Below, one piece after another: positions 9,103 to 19,900 of a stretch of DNA of 64,000 nt (position 1 is the stretch's first letter; each line of letters begins with the position of its first letter). The position numbers and the translations under genes were made by a program. Source of the stretch: Coriobacteriales bacterium (lineage in GTDB: Bacteria > Actinomycetota > Coriobacteriia > Coriobacteriales > UBA8131); the NCBI GenBank assembly GCA_031263105.1, contig JAISGJ010000173.1, positions 940-64,939 on the forward strand. Direction: 5' to 3'. The notes beneath the pieces were generated by a model that was given only the letters and a program-made list of their open reading frames with translations, was not told the DNA's origin and made no database searches.

Positions 9103-9687
9103 CTACAGCTCCTTGCAGTACAGGATGACCTCGTGGTCGAGGTCGGCTATCTTGAGAGGGTACCGCTCTGTCCTCATCGAGTAGCCCATGTCCTGCCAGA
9201 AGTTCATGCCCTTCCTTTGCAGGGGTATCGCAAAGATGCTCGTCGCCTCCACCTCGGAGCCCAGCGCATACTTCTCCACCTTCTTCACGATGGCGCTGCC
9301 GATGCCCTGTAGGCGGAACTGCGGGTCGATGACGAGGTGCTGGATGACCCAGTCCCCCTTCTTCGGCCAGCCGATGACGACAAGGGCATATCCGACAAGG
9401 GCCTTGTCCCGATAGGCGCGGAACAGCAACTTGTCCGAGGCCTCCCTGCCGGACAGTATGTTCGTCTCCTGTTCAAAGGAGATGAACTCGTTTGTCAGGC
9501 CGACCAACGACCTGATGCCGGAGAACGCCCGCTTGCGCATGGCGTCGATCTCTGCAAGCTCTATTCGTGCAAGTTGGCTGATAAAAGCACAATCTATGCG
9601 GAGGGCGTCGATCGGAGAGCCCTTGCCGAGTATGGACTCATACCCTTTTGGCGGTTCCTCTCCTGTGGGTAGCGGTTTCTTGGGCAT
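9103..9687 (-). CDS. GNAT family N-acetyltransferase
   Basis: Acetyl-CoA motif A: VIDPQFRLQGIGSAIVKKVEKYA. ATG 9687 is preceded by GAAGGG. Confidence 0.8.
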   Translation of the reverse strand: MPKKPLPTGEEPPKGYESILGKGSPIDALRIDCAFISQLARIELAEIDAMRKRAFSGIRSLVGLTNEFISFEQETNILSGREASDKLLFRAYRDKALVGYALVVIGWPKKGDWVIQHLVIDPQFRLQGIGSAIVKKVEKYALGSEVEATSIFAIPLQRKGMNFWQDMGYSMRTERYPLKIADLDHEVILYCKEL

Positions 9688-9828
9688 CGCTGCCACCCTT
9701 CTCTAAAATCTACTCTGGCCCCTCAGTCTATCAGCAGTCTATCAGAGCCACGTCCCCGCTCGCAGTTTGTTCTGGCATCGTTACCATGCGTGTTGCCGTG
9801 ACGTTACTGGCCACACCTTCCACGGACA

Positions 9829-10143
9829 CCCCACTGTCATCCCGAGCCCCCCACTGTCATCCCGAGCCCCCCACTGTCATCCCGAGCGAAGCCGAGGGAT
9901 CCTTGGGTCCGAGCGCCCGGAAAACGCACCGCGTTTTCAGCGAGGACGGGCCGACAGGCCCACGGAACGCAAAGCAGCCGACCGCAGGTCGAGGCACCCT
10001 CTAGCCGCAGTCGACCGCTTACGCGGTCGAGGATCCCTCGGCAGGCTCGGGATGACAGTGGGGGCCGGGATGGCAGTGGGGGCCGGGATGACAGTGGGGG
10101 CTCGGGGCGGCGGCGGGGGGGGCTCGGGATGACAGTGGAGGGG
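9829..10143. repeat. full copy of the dispersed inverted-repeat element, with 3-4 fold reiterated termini and one 60-bp hairpin module
   Basis: Left end has CCCCACTGTCATCCCGAGC three times; right end has GGGATGRCAGTGGGGGC three to four times. The interior matches the other copies. Sits 16 bp downstream of the hisG stop. Confidence 0.85.
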
Positions 10144-10158
10144 TGAACAGCAATCCGG

Positions 10159-10797
10159 TCACTCCAGCTGCTCAAGCCGTGACGCGAGTTCGCGCACACG
10201 GGGGTCGATGCGCACGCTTGCGGGGTTGCCCACGAAGCGGGCGGTGGAGGCAAGCACCTCGTCGACGATGACGAGGTTGTTCTCGCGCAGGGTCGTCCCC
10301 GTCGCGGTGATGTCGACGATGCGCTGCGCCATGCCGCACAGCGGGGCGAGCTCGATGTTGCCGTGCATCTTGACGAGCTCGACCTGCACGCCGAGGGCGC
10401 GATAGTACGCCGCCGTTATGCGGGGGTACTTGGTCGCGACGCGAAGGACGCCGAGCGTCCGGTAGGCCTCCTCCGTCTCCCCTGCCGCCTGCGCCGGCTC
10501 CGCCACGACGAAGCGGCAGGCGCCGAAGCCCAGATCGGACAGCTCGACCACTTCGAGCGCCGCCTCGACGAGGGAGTCCTTGCCGCAGATGGCGCAGTCG
10601 ACGCCCCCGTAGCTGACGAAGATCGGCACGTCGGTGGGGCGCACGATGTAGAACTCGGCCTCCTCGTTGGCAATGACGAGCTGCCTGCCGGGGTCGTCCA
10701 GGCCACGGATGTCGAGTCCCGCCCTGCCCAGCAGCGCGACGCTCTCCTTGTAAAGCGCGCCTTTGGGCACCGCTATCTTGAGGGGAGGGGCGCTCAT
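10159..10797 (-). CDS. hisG: ATP phosphoribosyltransferase, short form (HisG-S)
   Basis: 212 aa: MSAPPLKIAVPKGALY...IVRPTDVPIFVSYGGVDCAICGKD...DITATGTTLRENNL. The ATG overlaps the hisZ stop (ATGA). The upstream part of the track ORF is a shadow frame of hisZ. Confidence 0.9.
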   Translation of the reverse strand: MSAPPLKIAVPKGALYKESVALLGRAGLDIRGLDDPGRQLVIANEEAEFYIVRPTDVPIFVSYGGVDCAICGKDSLVEAALEVVELSDLGFGACRFVVAEPAQAAGETEEAYRTLGVLRVATKYPRITAAYYRALGVQVELVKMHGNIELAPLCGMAQRIVDITATGTTLRENNLVIVDEVLASTARFVGNPASVRIDPRVRELASRLEQLE

Positions 10798-12068
10798 CGC
10801 TTCCTCCTTTCGCCCGGCTGCACGAGCACGGCGCGCATTCCCGCCGCACGCAGGCGGGCGGCTTCGGCGAAGGCGACCGCAGGCGCGTCTGCGTCCACCT
10901 CCACGGCCGCACAGGGAGGGTCGAGGATGTCTGCGGCGGCGGTGACGCCCTGCTCCGCCAGCGCGGTCATCACGCGATCGAGGCCGAAGGCAAAGCCGGC
11001 CGCAGGCGCCTTTGCCCCGTATGCCTCCAGCATGCGGTCGTAGCGCCCCCCTGCCCCCAGGGGCACGCCGAGCTTGGGCGCATAGGCCGCGAACACCAGG
11101 CCGGTGTAGTAGTCGAAGGCGCTCATGACGCTGAAATCGACCGTCACCTGCCCCGCCGCCCCCATCTCCTCGACGATCCCATAGGTCTTGGCGAGAACAT
11201 CGAGCCCGTCGGTGCAGCCGAGCGGCCCTGCGAGCTCCTGGCAGCGCCTGATGGCGTCGCCGCCGCCCCGCAGGCCGGAGAGCTCCTTGAGCGCCTGGCC
11301 GTAGCGCCGCTCGACCCTGGGGTCGTCCGCCAGGGCGGCGAGCTCGACGGCGTTGCTCAGATGGCAGGCGGCCAGCACCTCGTCGCGCCACGAGGGGCCG
11401 ACCTCGGAGTCCCTGACGATGACGTCCAAAAGCTCACGGAGCACGCCGACGGTGCAGATGGCGATCGTGAAGTCCACAAGGCCGCAGGCCTTGAGGGCGT
11501 CCCGCATCAGCAGGACGACCTCGGCGTCCGCCGCAGGGCCCGAAGGCCCTATGGCCTCGATGCCGATCTGGGTGAACTCGCGCGCCTGCCCGCGCAGCGA
11601 CTCCTCCTCACGGAACACCGGCTGGACGTAGCGGAAGCGCAGGGGGGCGTCGGCGCACACGGGGGGCGTGGGAGACGCTTCGGAGGTCGGGCCTGCGGAG
11701 AGCGAGGCGACCGGTTCGGAGGCCAAGCCTGTGGGGGACGAAACGGCCGATCCAGAGGCCAAGCGGGCGGGGGGCCGTCCTGCGGGCCCGCCGGCGAGCG
11801 CGAGGCGCGAGGCGACCAGCCGTGCGACGGGCAGGGTCACATCGGGCCGCAGCACGAGGAGGGCCCCGTCGGAGTCGAAGAGCCGGAAGGGGGGCTCGGC
11901 GAGCCGCCCGCCCTGCTCCAGGACGTCGAGCACCTCGAGCGTGGGGGTCTCGATGGGCGCGTAGCCCCACGACGACAACACGTGCTGCACCTTGGTCGAG
12001 ATGCTCTCGCGCCAACGCGCCTCGTCGGGCAGGACGTCTTTGAACCCTCGCGGGGTGACAGGGAGCAT
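10794..12068 (-). CDS. hisZ: ATP phosphoribosyltransferase regulatory subunit HisZ (HisRS paralogue) with a low-complexity insert
   Basis: Class II aaRS-like motifs (PRGFKDVLP, LRPDVTLPVARL, FRY..PVFREE, GGRYD). Translationally coupled to short-form hisG. ATG 12068 is preceded by AAGGAAGG. Confidence 0.85.
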   Translation of the reverse strand: MLPVTPRGFKDVLPDEARWRESISTKVQHVLSSWGYAPIETPTLEVLDVLEQGGRLAEPPFRLFDSDGALLVLRPDVTLPVARLVASRLALAGGPAGRPPARLASGSAVSSPTGLASEPVASLSAGPTSEASPTPPVCADAPLRFRYVQPVFREEESLRGQAREFTQIGIEAIGPSGPAADAEVVLLMRDALKACGLVDFTIAICTVGVLRELLDVIVRDSEVGPSWRDEVLAACHLSNAVELAALADDPRVERRYGQALKELSGLRGGGDAIRRCQELAGPLGCTDGLDVLAKTYGIVEEMGAAGQVTVDFSVMSAFDYYTGLVFAAYAPKLGVPLGAGGRYDRMLEAYGAKAPAAGFAFGLDRVMTALAEQGVTAAADILDPPCAAVEVDADAPAVAFAEAARLRAAGMRAVLVQPGERRKR

Positions 12069-12194
12069 GGCCTTCCTTTCTGCTGCGGCTGTTGTTGCTG
12101 CCGTCTGCTGCTGCTCCCGATACTTTATCACACTACTGTACTAAAGTGCAAGGGGGGAACAACCGGGTCGTCAGGAGGGGGGCTACTGTTCTCA

Positions 12195-12439
12195 CCCCAC
12201 TGTCATTCCGAGCGCAGCGAAGGACCTTCGCTGCGCTCAGGATAAACTCCGCCGAGGAATCTTCGGGTTCGAGCGCCCGGAAAACAGTCCGGCGGACTGT
12301 TTTCAGCGAGAACGGGCCGACAGGCCCACGGGGCGCGAAGCAGCCGACCGCAGGTCGAAGCGCCTCCCGGCCGCAGTCGGGCGCTTCGCGCCCGAGGATT
12401 CCTCGGCTCCGCTCCGCTGCGCTCGGAATGACAGCGGAG
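12195..12439. repeat. full copy of the dispersed inverted-repeat element (one variant hairpin module)
   Basis: Bounded by CCCCACTGTCATTCCGAGC ... GCTCGGAATGACAGCGGAG. The interior is collinear with the copy at 9829-10143. Confidence 0.85.
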
Positions 12440-12441
12440 CA

Positions 12442-12458
12442 GGGGGGGGGGGGGGGGG
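12442..12458. repeat. G17 homopolymer tract
   Basis: 17 consecutive G, abutting the repeat element and 24 bp downstream of the HD-GYP gene stop. Confidence 0.9.
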
Positions 12459-12481
12459 TGCGACCAGTAACCGGCGCTTCC

Positions 12482-13570
12482 CTACCCCACCGCCTTGAGG
12501 ATGCGGACCCTGCGGTAGGCGGGGTCGGTGCGCGTGTCGACGACGAAGGTCCTGTAGGGCCCATAGACCCGAAGGAGGGGCCGGGCGAGGTTGTCGGGGT
12601 GGTTGCGCAGCACGAGGCAGCGCTCGTCGGTCTTGAGCTGCACGAGCGTGCCGGTGGGGTACGGGGCTATGATGCGCTCGAACACGTCCACGATGTCGGG
12701 GTCGAACTTGCGGTCGGACTGCTGCATCACCATGTCGAGCGCCTGGCTGGGGTAGAGCGCCGTGCGGAACGAGCGCTTGGAGACCAGTGCATCGTAGGCG
12801 TCGGCGATGGCGATGATGCGCGCGTAGAGCGATATCTTCTTGCGCCTCAGGCCGTTGGGATAGCCTGTGCCGTTGTAGTTCTCGTGGTACTGCATCACGC
12901 CCAACGATGCGCTTGCGGAAAGGGCGTAGGCGCGCACCAGATAGTCGTAGCCCTTTTGCATGTACACCCTCATCGCCTCGGACTCCTCGTCTGTGAGGCG
13001 TCCTGGCCTGTTGAAGAGCACTGCGGGCAAAAACGTGCTGCTCTTGTCATGGAGGGGCGGCAGATACGCATTGGCCATATCGTGCAGCAGCGCCGCGACA
13101 CCCAGGTCGAAGAGCTGGCGACTGCCCAAGCCGAGCTCGAGCCCCATCGCAAGCGAGAGCGTCATGACCATCGCTGCGTGATAGCTGCTGTAGCCAGCAT
13201 AGGGCTTGGTGTCGATGGAATCCACGAACCGGTGCTGCCTGGAGGCAAGCGCGGCCAGCGCGGCCTGCACCACGCCCTCCTGTTCCTCGACGGCCAGCGC
13301 CGCATCGCGGGCCTCGCCACGGCTCGCCCTCACGCGACAGTGCTCCACGAACTGCGCAGCGTACAGATAGACCATATCGGGGACGAGCGGGGCGGGCACC
13401 ACCTTGTCGGCCCGTGCGTCGAGCACATAGGCACCCGCATAGCCTGCCCTCTTTATGGCCTCGACCTGCGTGTTGCCGAGATAGGCACCTTCCTTGAAAA
13501 CCGGACGATGGCTCTTGTCGTATAGGCTGCGCGCAAGCAGCATCCCTTTCCCCAGCCTGGCGGCCGACAC
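12482..13570 (-). CDS. stand-alone HD-GYP domain protein (putative c-di-GMP phosphodiesterase)
   Basis: Has LHDMANAY (HD) and YHENYNGTGYPNG (HHE..GYP), plus IIAIADAYDALVSKR. GTG 13570 follows GAGGGAGGAAG; the alternative is ATG 27 nt downstream. Confidence 0.85.
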   Translation of the reverse strand: MSAARLGKGMLLARSLYDKSHRPVFKEGAYLGNTQVEAIKRAGYAGAYVLDARADKVVPAPLVPDMVYLYAAQFVEHCRVRASRGEARDAALAVEEQEGVVQAALAALASRQHRFVDSIDTKPYAGYSSYHAAMVMTLSLAMGLELGLGSRQLFDLGVAALLHDMANAYLPPLHDKSSTFLPAVLFNRPGRLTDEESEAMRVYMQKGYDYLVRAYALSASASLGVMQYHENYNGTGYPNGLRRKKISLYARIIAIADAYDALVSKRSFRTALYPSQALDMVMQQSDRKFDPDIVDVFERIIAPYPTGTLVQLKTDERCLVLRNHPDNLARPLLRVYGPYRTFVVDTRTDPAYRRVRILKAVG

Positions 13571-13727
13571 GTACCTCAGACTTCCTCCCTCGTTTGTCCA
13601 GCAGCCGTTAGCCGCTGCATGCCTCGCGAATGCAACATACTATACCAATATCGGTGTTTAGGAAAGCAGATTCGCATTGAAAACCGAAAACGAAACTGAA
13701 AACCCGCTCCGCTCCTGTTACTCGCAT

Positions 13728-13861
13728 CCTACTGTCATTCCGAGCGAAGCCGAGGAATCTTTGGGCGCACCAGCGCCCAACCGGGCCAGTCGGACACTAC
13801 GTGCCCGAGGATTCTCACGCTGCGCGCCCTTGCGGGCGCTTCGCTCAGAATGACAGTGAGG
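13728..13861. repeat. short copy of the dispersed inverted-repeat element (no 60-bp module)
   Basis: Bounded by CCTACTGTCATTCCGAGCGAAGCCGAGGAATC ... GCTCAGAATGACAGTGAGG. Lies 114 bp downstream of the giant gene stop. Confidence 0.8.
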
Positions 13862-13974
13862 TGTGAGTGACCCGCTCCTTGGCCGTTGCTGACGCTATGG
13901 GCCTTTGCCACATAGGCCAAGGAGCGGTCACCTGTTTGAAGTGCCCTAAAGAGTCCGTTGCGCCGTGGCTGTGG

Positions 13975-16900
13975 TCAAGCACCTTTTTGTACGCACCTCC
14001 GCTTGGAGGGCACCTGTCTGTTTCCCGCAACAACCGTACAGAGGAGAAGGAGCAGCAGCTGGACGGCAAAGGCCGCACCTATAAGAAGCGTCCACTGGTT
14101 GATCCACGACATCGGTTGCGAAAAGTCCTCCAGCCTGAGCTCGGCCACGAGCACGAACACTCCCATGGCAAGAGCGAGGATCCTCAGAGGCGCGCCACGG
14201 CTTTTCGTCCCCGCGTCCCTCTCGCTCCCTTCGTCCGTGTCCGAGGCGGCACCGCGACGGCGAAGGATTCTGAGCAGCGCACGCGCGACGAGCCCTAGGG
14301 AGAGTATGACGGCGACTAGGGTCATGCCAAGATTGAGCAGGCTCCACGTTCCGGTGAGCTGAAGGCTGCCCAGAGGCACGCGGCCCTCAAGGATGTCGAC
14401 GATCGGGTTGCCGGTCGGCGCCTGAAGCGGCACCGGGCCGTCGCTGAGATCAAGTATCTCTGGCAGCGGGGCCAGATCGACCTCCTCCCGCGTCGATGTC
14501 GTCGTGTCCTCGGCGCTGCCCTGTTCAGACAGCGCATCGCGCGACGGGCCCGACGAATCTGTCGATGGGCCCGAGGCCTGGGCAGCGGCAGGCGTCGGGG
14601 CCGTCGGCGTTGCGGAGGCCGGCGACGGCACAGGGCCCGGGCTCACGGGCGTTCCGGGGCCTGCGGGCCCCTCCGGGCCATCCGGCACCTCTGGGCCCGG
14701 CACATCCGGCGTCTCCGGGTCAGGACCTGGCACCTCCGGCGTCTCCGGGTCAGGGTCTGGGCCTTCCGGCACCTCCGGGTCAGGGTCCGGTGTCTCCGGC
14801 ACCTCCGGGTCGGGGTCCGGGCCTTCCGGTGGCTGCGCCGCAGCGCGATGCAGGGTCGCAACACGGCTCGTGGGCACAAAGACAGAGCCCGTCTGGAGGA
14901 CGTGCACCGCCACGATGGCGCCCTCTGTCCAGGTCCCGCTTATCGAGAGGTCGTACACACCGAAGGCGACGTGGGTGAGCGTCCCGCCGTTCACGGCACC
15001 GTCACCGGAGGGGACAAGGGTGGTGTTTCCAGCGGAGAGGCCCATGACATCGCTGTCGAAGGCCAGCCGTATCCGGGTGGAGTCGACGCTTTCCGCCACG
15101 CCGTCGGCGGTTGCGGAGAGAAAGCCCACGCTCGTATCGAGCAGCACATAGAACCCGACGGTCGCAGCCGTCCCTATCCCGACGGAGAAGCCGCCCTGCT
15201 GCCAGAGGAGCCTCTGTGCCTCCCCCTCGCTCAGGACGGCCACGCTCTCCCCTTCTGCTGCAAGCTTCTGCGCCACTGCCGTCCCTGCGACGGCGCCTTC
15301 CTTGCCCGCAAGCACGAGGCAGGCGCCCTCGGCCAGATCGCCCGTTATCGTGACGGTGCGGTCTGCGGCAAGATGGATGCCGTTGTCCGCCGGCCCCACA
15401 CCGACACGGACGGCACCCGAGACGCGCATCTCGCCGGCCGACGACACGCTCACCGCGTGCCCGCCCACGTTTTCTGTGATGTCGCCGCCCGTCATCTCGA
15501 ACAGTCCGTCCATGACGGCCACACCCGCCGCGCTGTCCGCCGCGCCCGCAGAGGTCCGGTTCGCGGCGATCTCGCCGCCCTCCATGCGGAAGGTCGCGCC
15601 GTCCTGTATCTGTACGGCCGCCGTGCCCTCGGCAGACGACAGGTCGAAGAGCCGTCCGCTGTCCATGACGAAGGTCGAGCCTGCGCCGCGCAGGTCGACG
15701 CCCGCAACGCCCGTGGCGTTGTTCGCATGCAGGACGGCATCGTGCAGGACGAGGCTGCCGCCGTTGACGACCACGAGCGGCCGCGTGTTCTGCATCTCGG
15801 CATTGCCGTCGAGGCTCAGGTTGCGCAGCGTGACGGCACCGGCCTCCAGGCGCAACAGCTGGCCCGTGTAGCCTGCAGCACGCGTGAGGGAGACCTCGCC
15901 GACCGCCTCCGGGTACTTGAGGACGTCGACCGCCTTCTCGGAAAGCCCACTGGGAAAGACGATCTCCGCTCCGACCGAAAGCGAGTCCATGACGAAGATG
16001 TTGTAGTAGTCGTAGGAGGAGGTGGCCGCATATTCGAGCGCCCGCTGGATGCTCGCGTAGGGACTCGTGACGATGCCGTTGCCGCTGGAGTTGTCGCCAA
16101 GCTCCAAGGAGACATAGAGGTTGGCCACGGGCACGAGCAGGTAGGACTGCGCCGCAGGGTCGGGGACCACACGGAACTGGCCGGCCTGCCAACGGAAGTA
16201 ATCCGACTCGAGCAACGTGGCCGCAGAGCCCTCCTTGAAGGCGATGAAGGTGTTCTGTGCGGCGCCCGCCTTGCCCTCGAGGTTGATGTTCGAACCGACC
16301 TCGAGGTCGCCCGTCTGCCGAATGGCGGCATCAGGGTCGGCCAGGTACAGGCCGTTGTCGGCATCGTCGGCACCGATGCGCATGCGTCCGGCCAGCTTCA
16401 CGGTGCCGCCCTCGGCATAGATGGCGCTGCCGTAGACGCGCGGCTCGCCCTCGTCGGACGGCGCGGTGTTCCCCACAGAGGTGACATCCGCAAGCTGCAA
16501 GGTCGCATTCCTCTCATAGACGGCCCCGCCGTATGAGGCCGCACCGTTGGCCTCGAGCGTCGTGTCGCTCAGGCTCACCATGGTCGTGTCCACGCCGCCC
16601 GTCGTGTCATTCAGGTACAGGCCGCCGCCACATGCCGCCTCGTTGCCCGCGATACGGACGCCCGCGAGATCAAGCCTCACGTTTGCGCCGGTCGCCGTGT
16701 TGTTCAGATACAGTGCGCCGCCGTCGCCCGTCGCACGGTTGCCCTCCATGCGCCCGCCGTTTACCGAGACCGCCACCAAGGCGTTTGCGGCAGCGGACAC
16801 ACTGAGGGCACCGCCACATGCCGCACGGTTGTTCACGAGGCTGACGTTCGTGAGCCACAGTCGTGCCGTCTGCCAGGCTGCGACGCTTCGGATGGCGATG

Positions 16901-19900
16901 AGAGAGGCGGTGTTCAGGGCATTCTCGCTCCTGTTGCCGTCCAGCGTCAGCCCCTCGACACGCAGGGTGGCGCCCGCCACGCCCGTCTCGACCGTCAAGA
17001 AGGCGCCGTCGAAGGCATCCGTGCGCGTGAGAAGGGGCGTCGGGAAGGCCTCGGCCCAAGGCTTCAGCGCGATGTCGCGGTTCGGGCCGACCGTGGCAGT
17101 GGTCGCGATGGCGAGGTCGTCCATGACGTAGACCGTGACGGGCAGGCCCGCCGGTGCCAGGGCGCATGCGGCCGCGATGGTTCGCAGAGGATGCTCGACC
17201 GTGCCCCGGGCACCGTCGTCTCCCGTTGCAGACACGAAGAAGACGGTACGGCCTGCGAGGACGTACTGATTGTTGGCGGCATCCGCCGTTATGCAAAAGG
17301 AGCTGTTGTTTTGATAGTGGTAGAGGTCCGCCTCTGCGTCGCTCGGCGCATCGCCTGCGGTCTTGGTCGCGACGAGCACTCCGAAGCCCTCGCCTGCCTT
17401 GCTCGCGATGTTCACACGGGCACCGGTGCCCAGGTCGCCGTTTTGGACGATCGCAGAGCTCGCGGGCAGGACGATGCCGTTGTCCGTGTCGCTCGTGCCG
17501 ATGCGCACCGAACCGGACAGGGAAAGCCTTTCGTATTCGGCCTGACCCGAGAACGACACCGCCGTGCCATTGCCGGATATCGTGCCTCCGAGCAGGTTGG
17601 CGGATGCGGTATTGCGGTTGTACGAGTTGCCTTGGAGGTAGATGCCGCCGCCGCTCGTCGCCGTGTTGCCGCGTATCTCGCCGCCCTCCACGGTGATGAG
17701 GGCCTGACCGTTGCTTGAGGTCAAGGCTGTGCCGATGGCACCGCCGTTCAGCCCATGGTTGTCGATGAGCCTGCCGCTTCTCATGGTGAAGGCGGCCTTG
17801 GTGTTGTATGCCGCTCCGACAAGCACCAAGGGTTGATTGTTGGTGTCGTAGACGTCCTTTTTGCCGTCGAGCGTCACGCCGTCGAGCGTGAGGGTCGAAT
17901 TGTGGCTCACGGCGAGCAGGGCGAATCCGCTGCCCGCACGGCGTATCGTTACCTCGCCGTCGGGATCGTCGTCCAAGCCGTCTTCGTCAAGGGCCTCGGG
18001 GTCAGGGGCAAGCGTCACGTTCTTCGCGGGCACCGTCGAGGTCCCCAGCGTCGCCGTGGCGGTGGCATCGAGGTCGTCCATGACGTAGACGGTCACGGGC
18101 GTGGTCGACCAGGCGCGCTCGAAAGCGCACGCTATCGTTGCCAATGGGTTCTCCCGCGAGCCGTCGCCCGCCGTATCGTTGCCTGTACTGCCCGATACAT
18201 AGAAGTCGGTGCGGCCTGTCAGGACGTATTGCCCGCTCTCTTCCGCGCCCGGTGCCACGTACAGGGCGTTGTTGTCCTGATAGTAGTAGTGCGCGGCCTC
18301 TGGGACGTTTATCTCGTTCCCTGCGGTCTTGGTCGCTATGACCGTCCCGAAGTCCGCGCTTGCCTTGCTCGCGATATTCACGCGAGCACTGTCGGCGAGG
18401 TCGCCGTTCTGGGTGACGGTATAGTTCGCAGGAAGGACGATGCCGTTGTCGGCATTGCTCGTGCCCACCTGCACCGAGCCCGAGACGGAGACCTTCTCGT
18501 AATTTGGGCCCATGCCCAAGAAGTCCAGCGCCGTGCCGTTGCCCGTTATCGTGCCGCCCGACAGGTTGACGGAGATCGCGCCGGAATTAATGTAATTGCG
18601 TACATAGATGCCGCCGCCGATGCCGGAAGTTGCGCTATTGTCTGCAATCTCACCGGCAGTGAGATTCAGGGCAGGATTCCCATAATAGTCGTAAAGGTAC
18701 ACGCCGCCGCCGCGCAGTGCAGTGTTTTCCTTGAGCGCGACGCCGGAAAGATTCAGGGCAGGCGCAGAGGATTCGGTGCTGATATAGATGCCGCCGCCGC
18801 CGCTACCGGCGTTAGAGCCGCCTGGGGCCACAAGACCGCCAGCCTTGTTATGCGAGATGTCTCCGCCGGAAAGATTCAACGCCATTGTTCCTCTGGAGCG
18901 TACATACAGGGCACCGCCGCTATCGACTGCGGTATTGTTCTCAATTTCGCCGCCTGTGAGGTTCAGGGTCACCGGTCCCTGATAGTTTTCGAGATAGATG
19001 CCGCCGCCGGCATTCGCGGTATTATCGGAAATCTCACCACCCTCTATAGTGATGACGACCTGGCGGGAGCTGTTGTCGGCATACGTATAGATGGCGCCGC
19101 CGTTTGCACCGTCGTTGCTGACGAGCCGACCGCTTTTCATGATAAAGGTCGTGGTGTTGTTGACCGCAGGGCTGGCGTCGACCAAGGGCTTGTTGTTGTC
19201 GGGGTAGATGTTCCTGGCGCCGTCAAGCGTCACCCCGTCAAGCGTGAGGGTCGCACCGCCCTGAACGGCTATCATGGCAAACCCGTCGGCTGCGCGCGTC
19301 ACGGTGACCTCGCCGTCCGGGTCATCTTCAAAGCCGTCCGCATCCAGCGCCTCGGGGTCGGGGGCGAGCGTCACATTCTTGCCCGCAGTCAGCGTCGCCA
19401 TGGAGCTGATGTCCATGTCGTCCATGACGTAGACGGTCACCGGCGCGGTCGTCCAGGCGCGCGTGAAAGCGTGGGAGAGCGTCTCGAAGGGCTTCGCCCG
19501 AGAGCCGTCGCCCGTCACGTCATTGCCTCCGCTCGATACATAGAAGTCCAGACTGCCCGTCAGGATATAGCGGTCGTTATCCGCGTCGGGAACCACGCGC
19601 AGGGAGTTGTTGGATTGGTAGTGGTAGCAGAGCGCTTCATCGGCATCGGGCTTCTCGCCGTCCACTTTGTTTGCCAGGACGACACCGTAGTCCTCGTCCC
19701 CCTTGCTTTTGATGTTGACGTGCGCGTCTGTGCCCAGATCGCCGTCCTGGGTGACGGTGTAGCCGACGGGCAGGACGATGCCGTTGTCAGTATTGTCTTC
19801 GCCGACGCGCATCGAGTCCGAGATACGGAGTTGGTTGTAGGGTGCGGACGCCGCACCTGAACCGGAGAAGGCCACCGCCTCCCCGTTACCGCCTATCGTA

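Noticed and set aside
10798-11391. N-terminal 198 aa of the 410-aa ORF 10159-11391
   Set aside because: This is an off-frame read-through across hisZ. The real hisG starts at ATG 10797, overlapping the hisZ stop, and gives a canonical 212-aa short-form HisG.
14390-14410. LQAPTG as a class E sortase LAxTG motif
   Set aside because: The match is imperfect (L-Q-A-P-T-G) and it is not followed directly by a hydrophobic segment. Only the downstream LQLTG has sorting-signal architecture.
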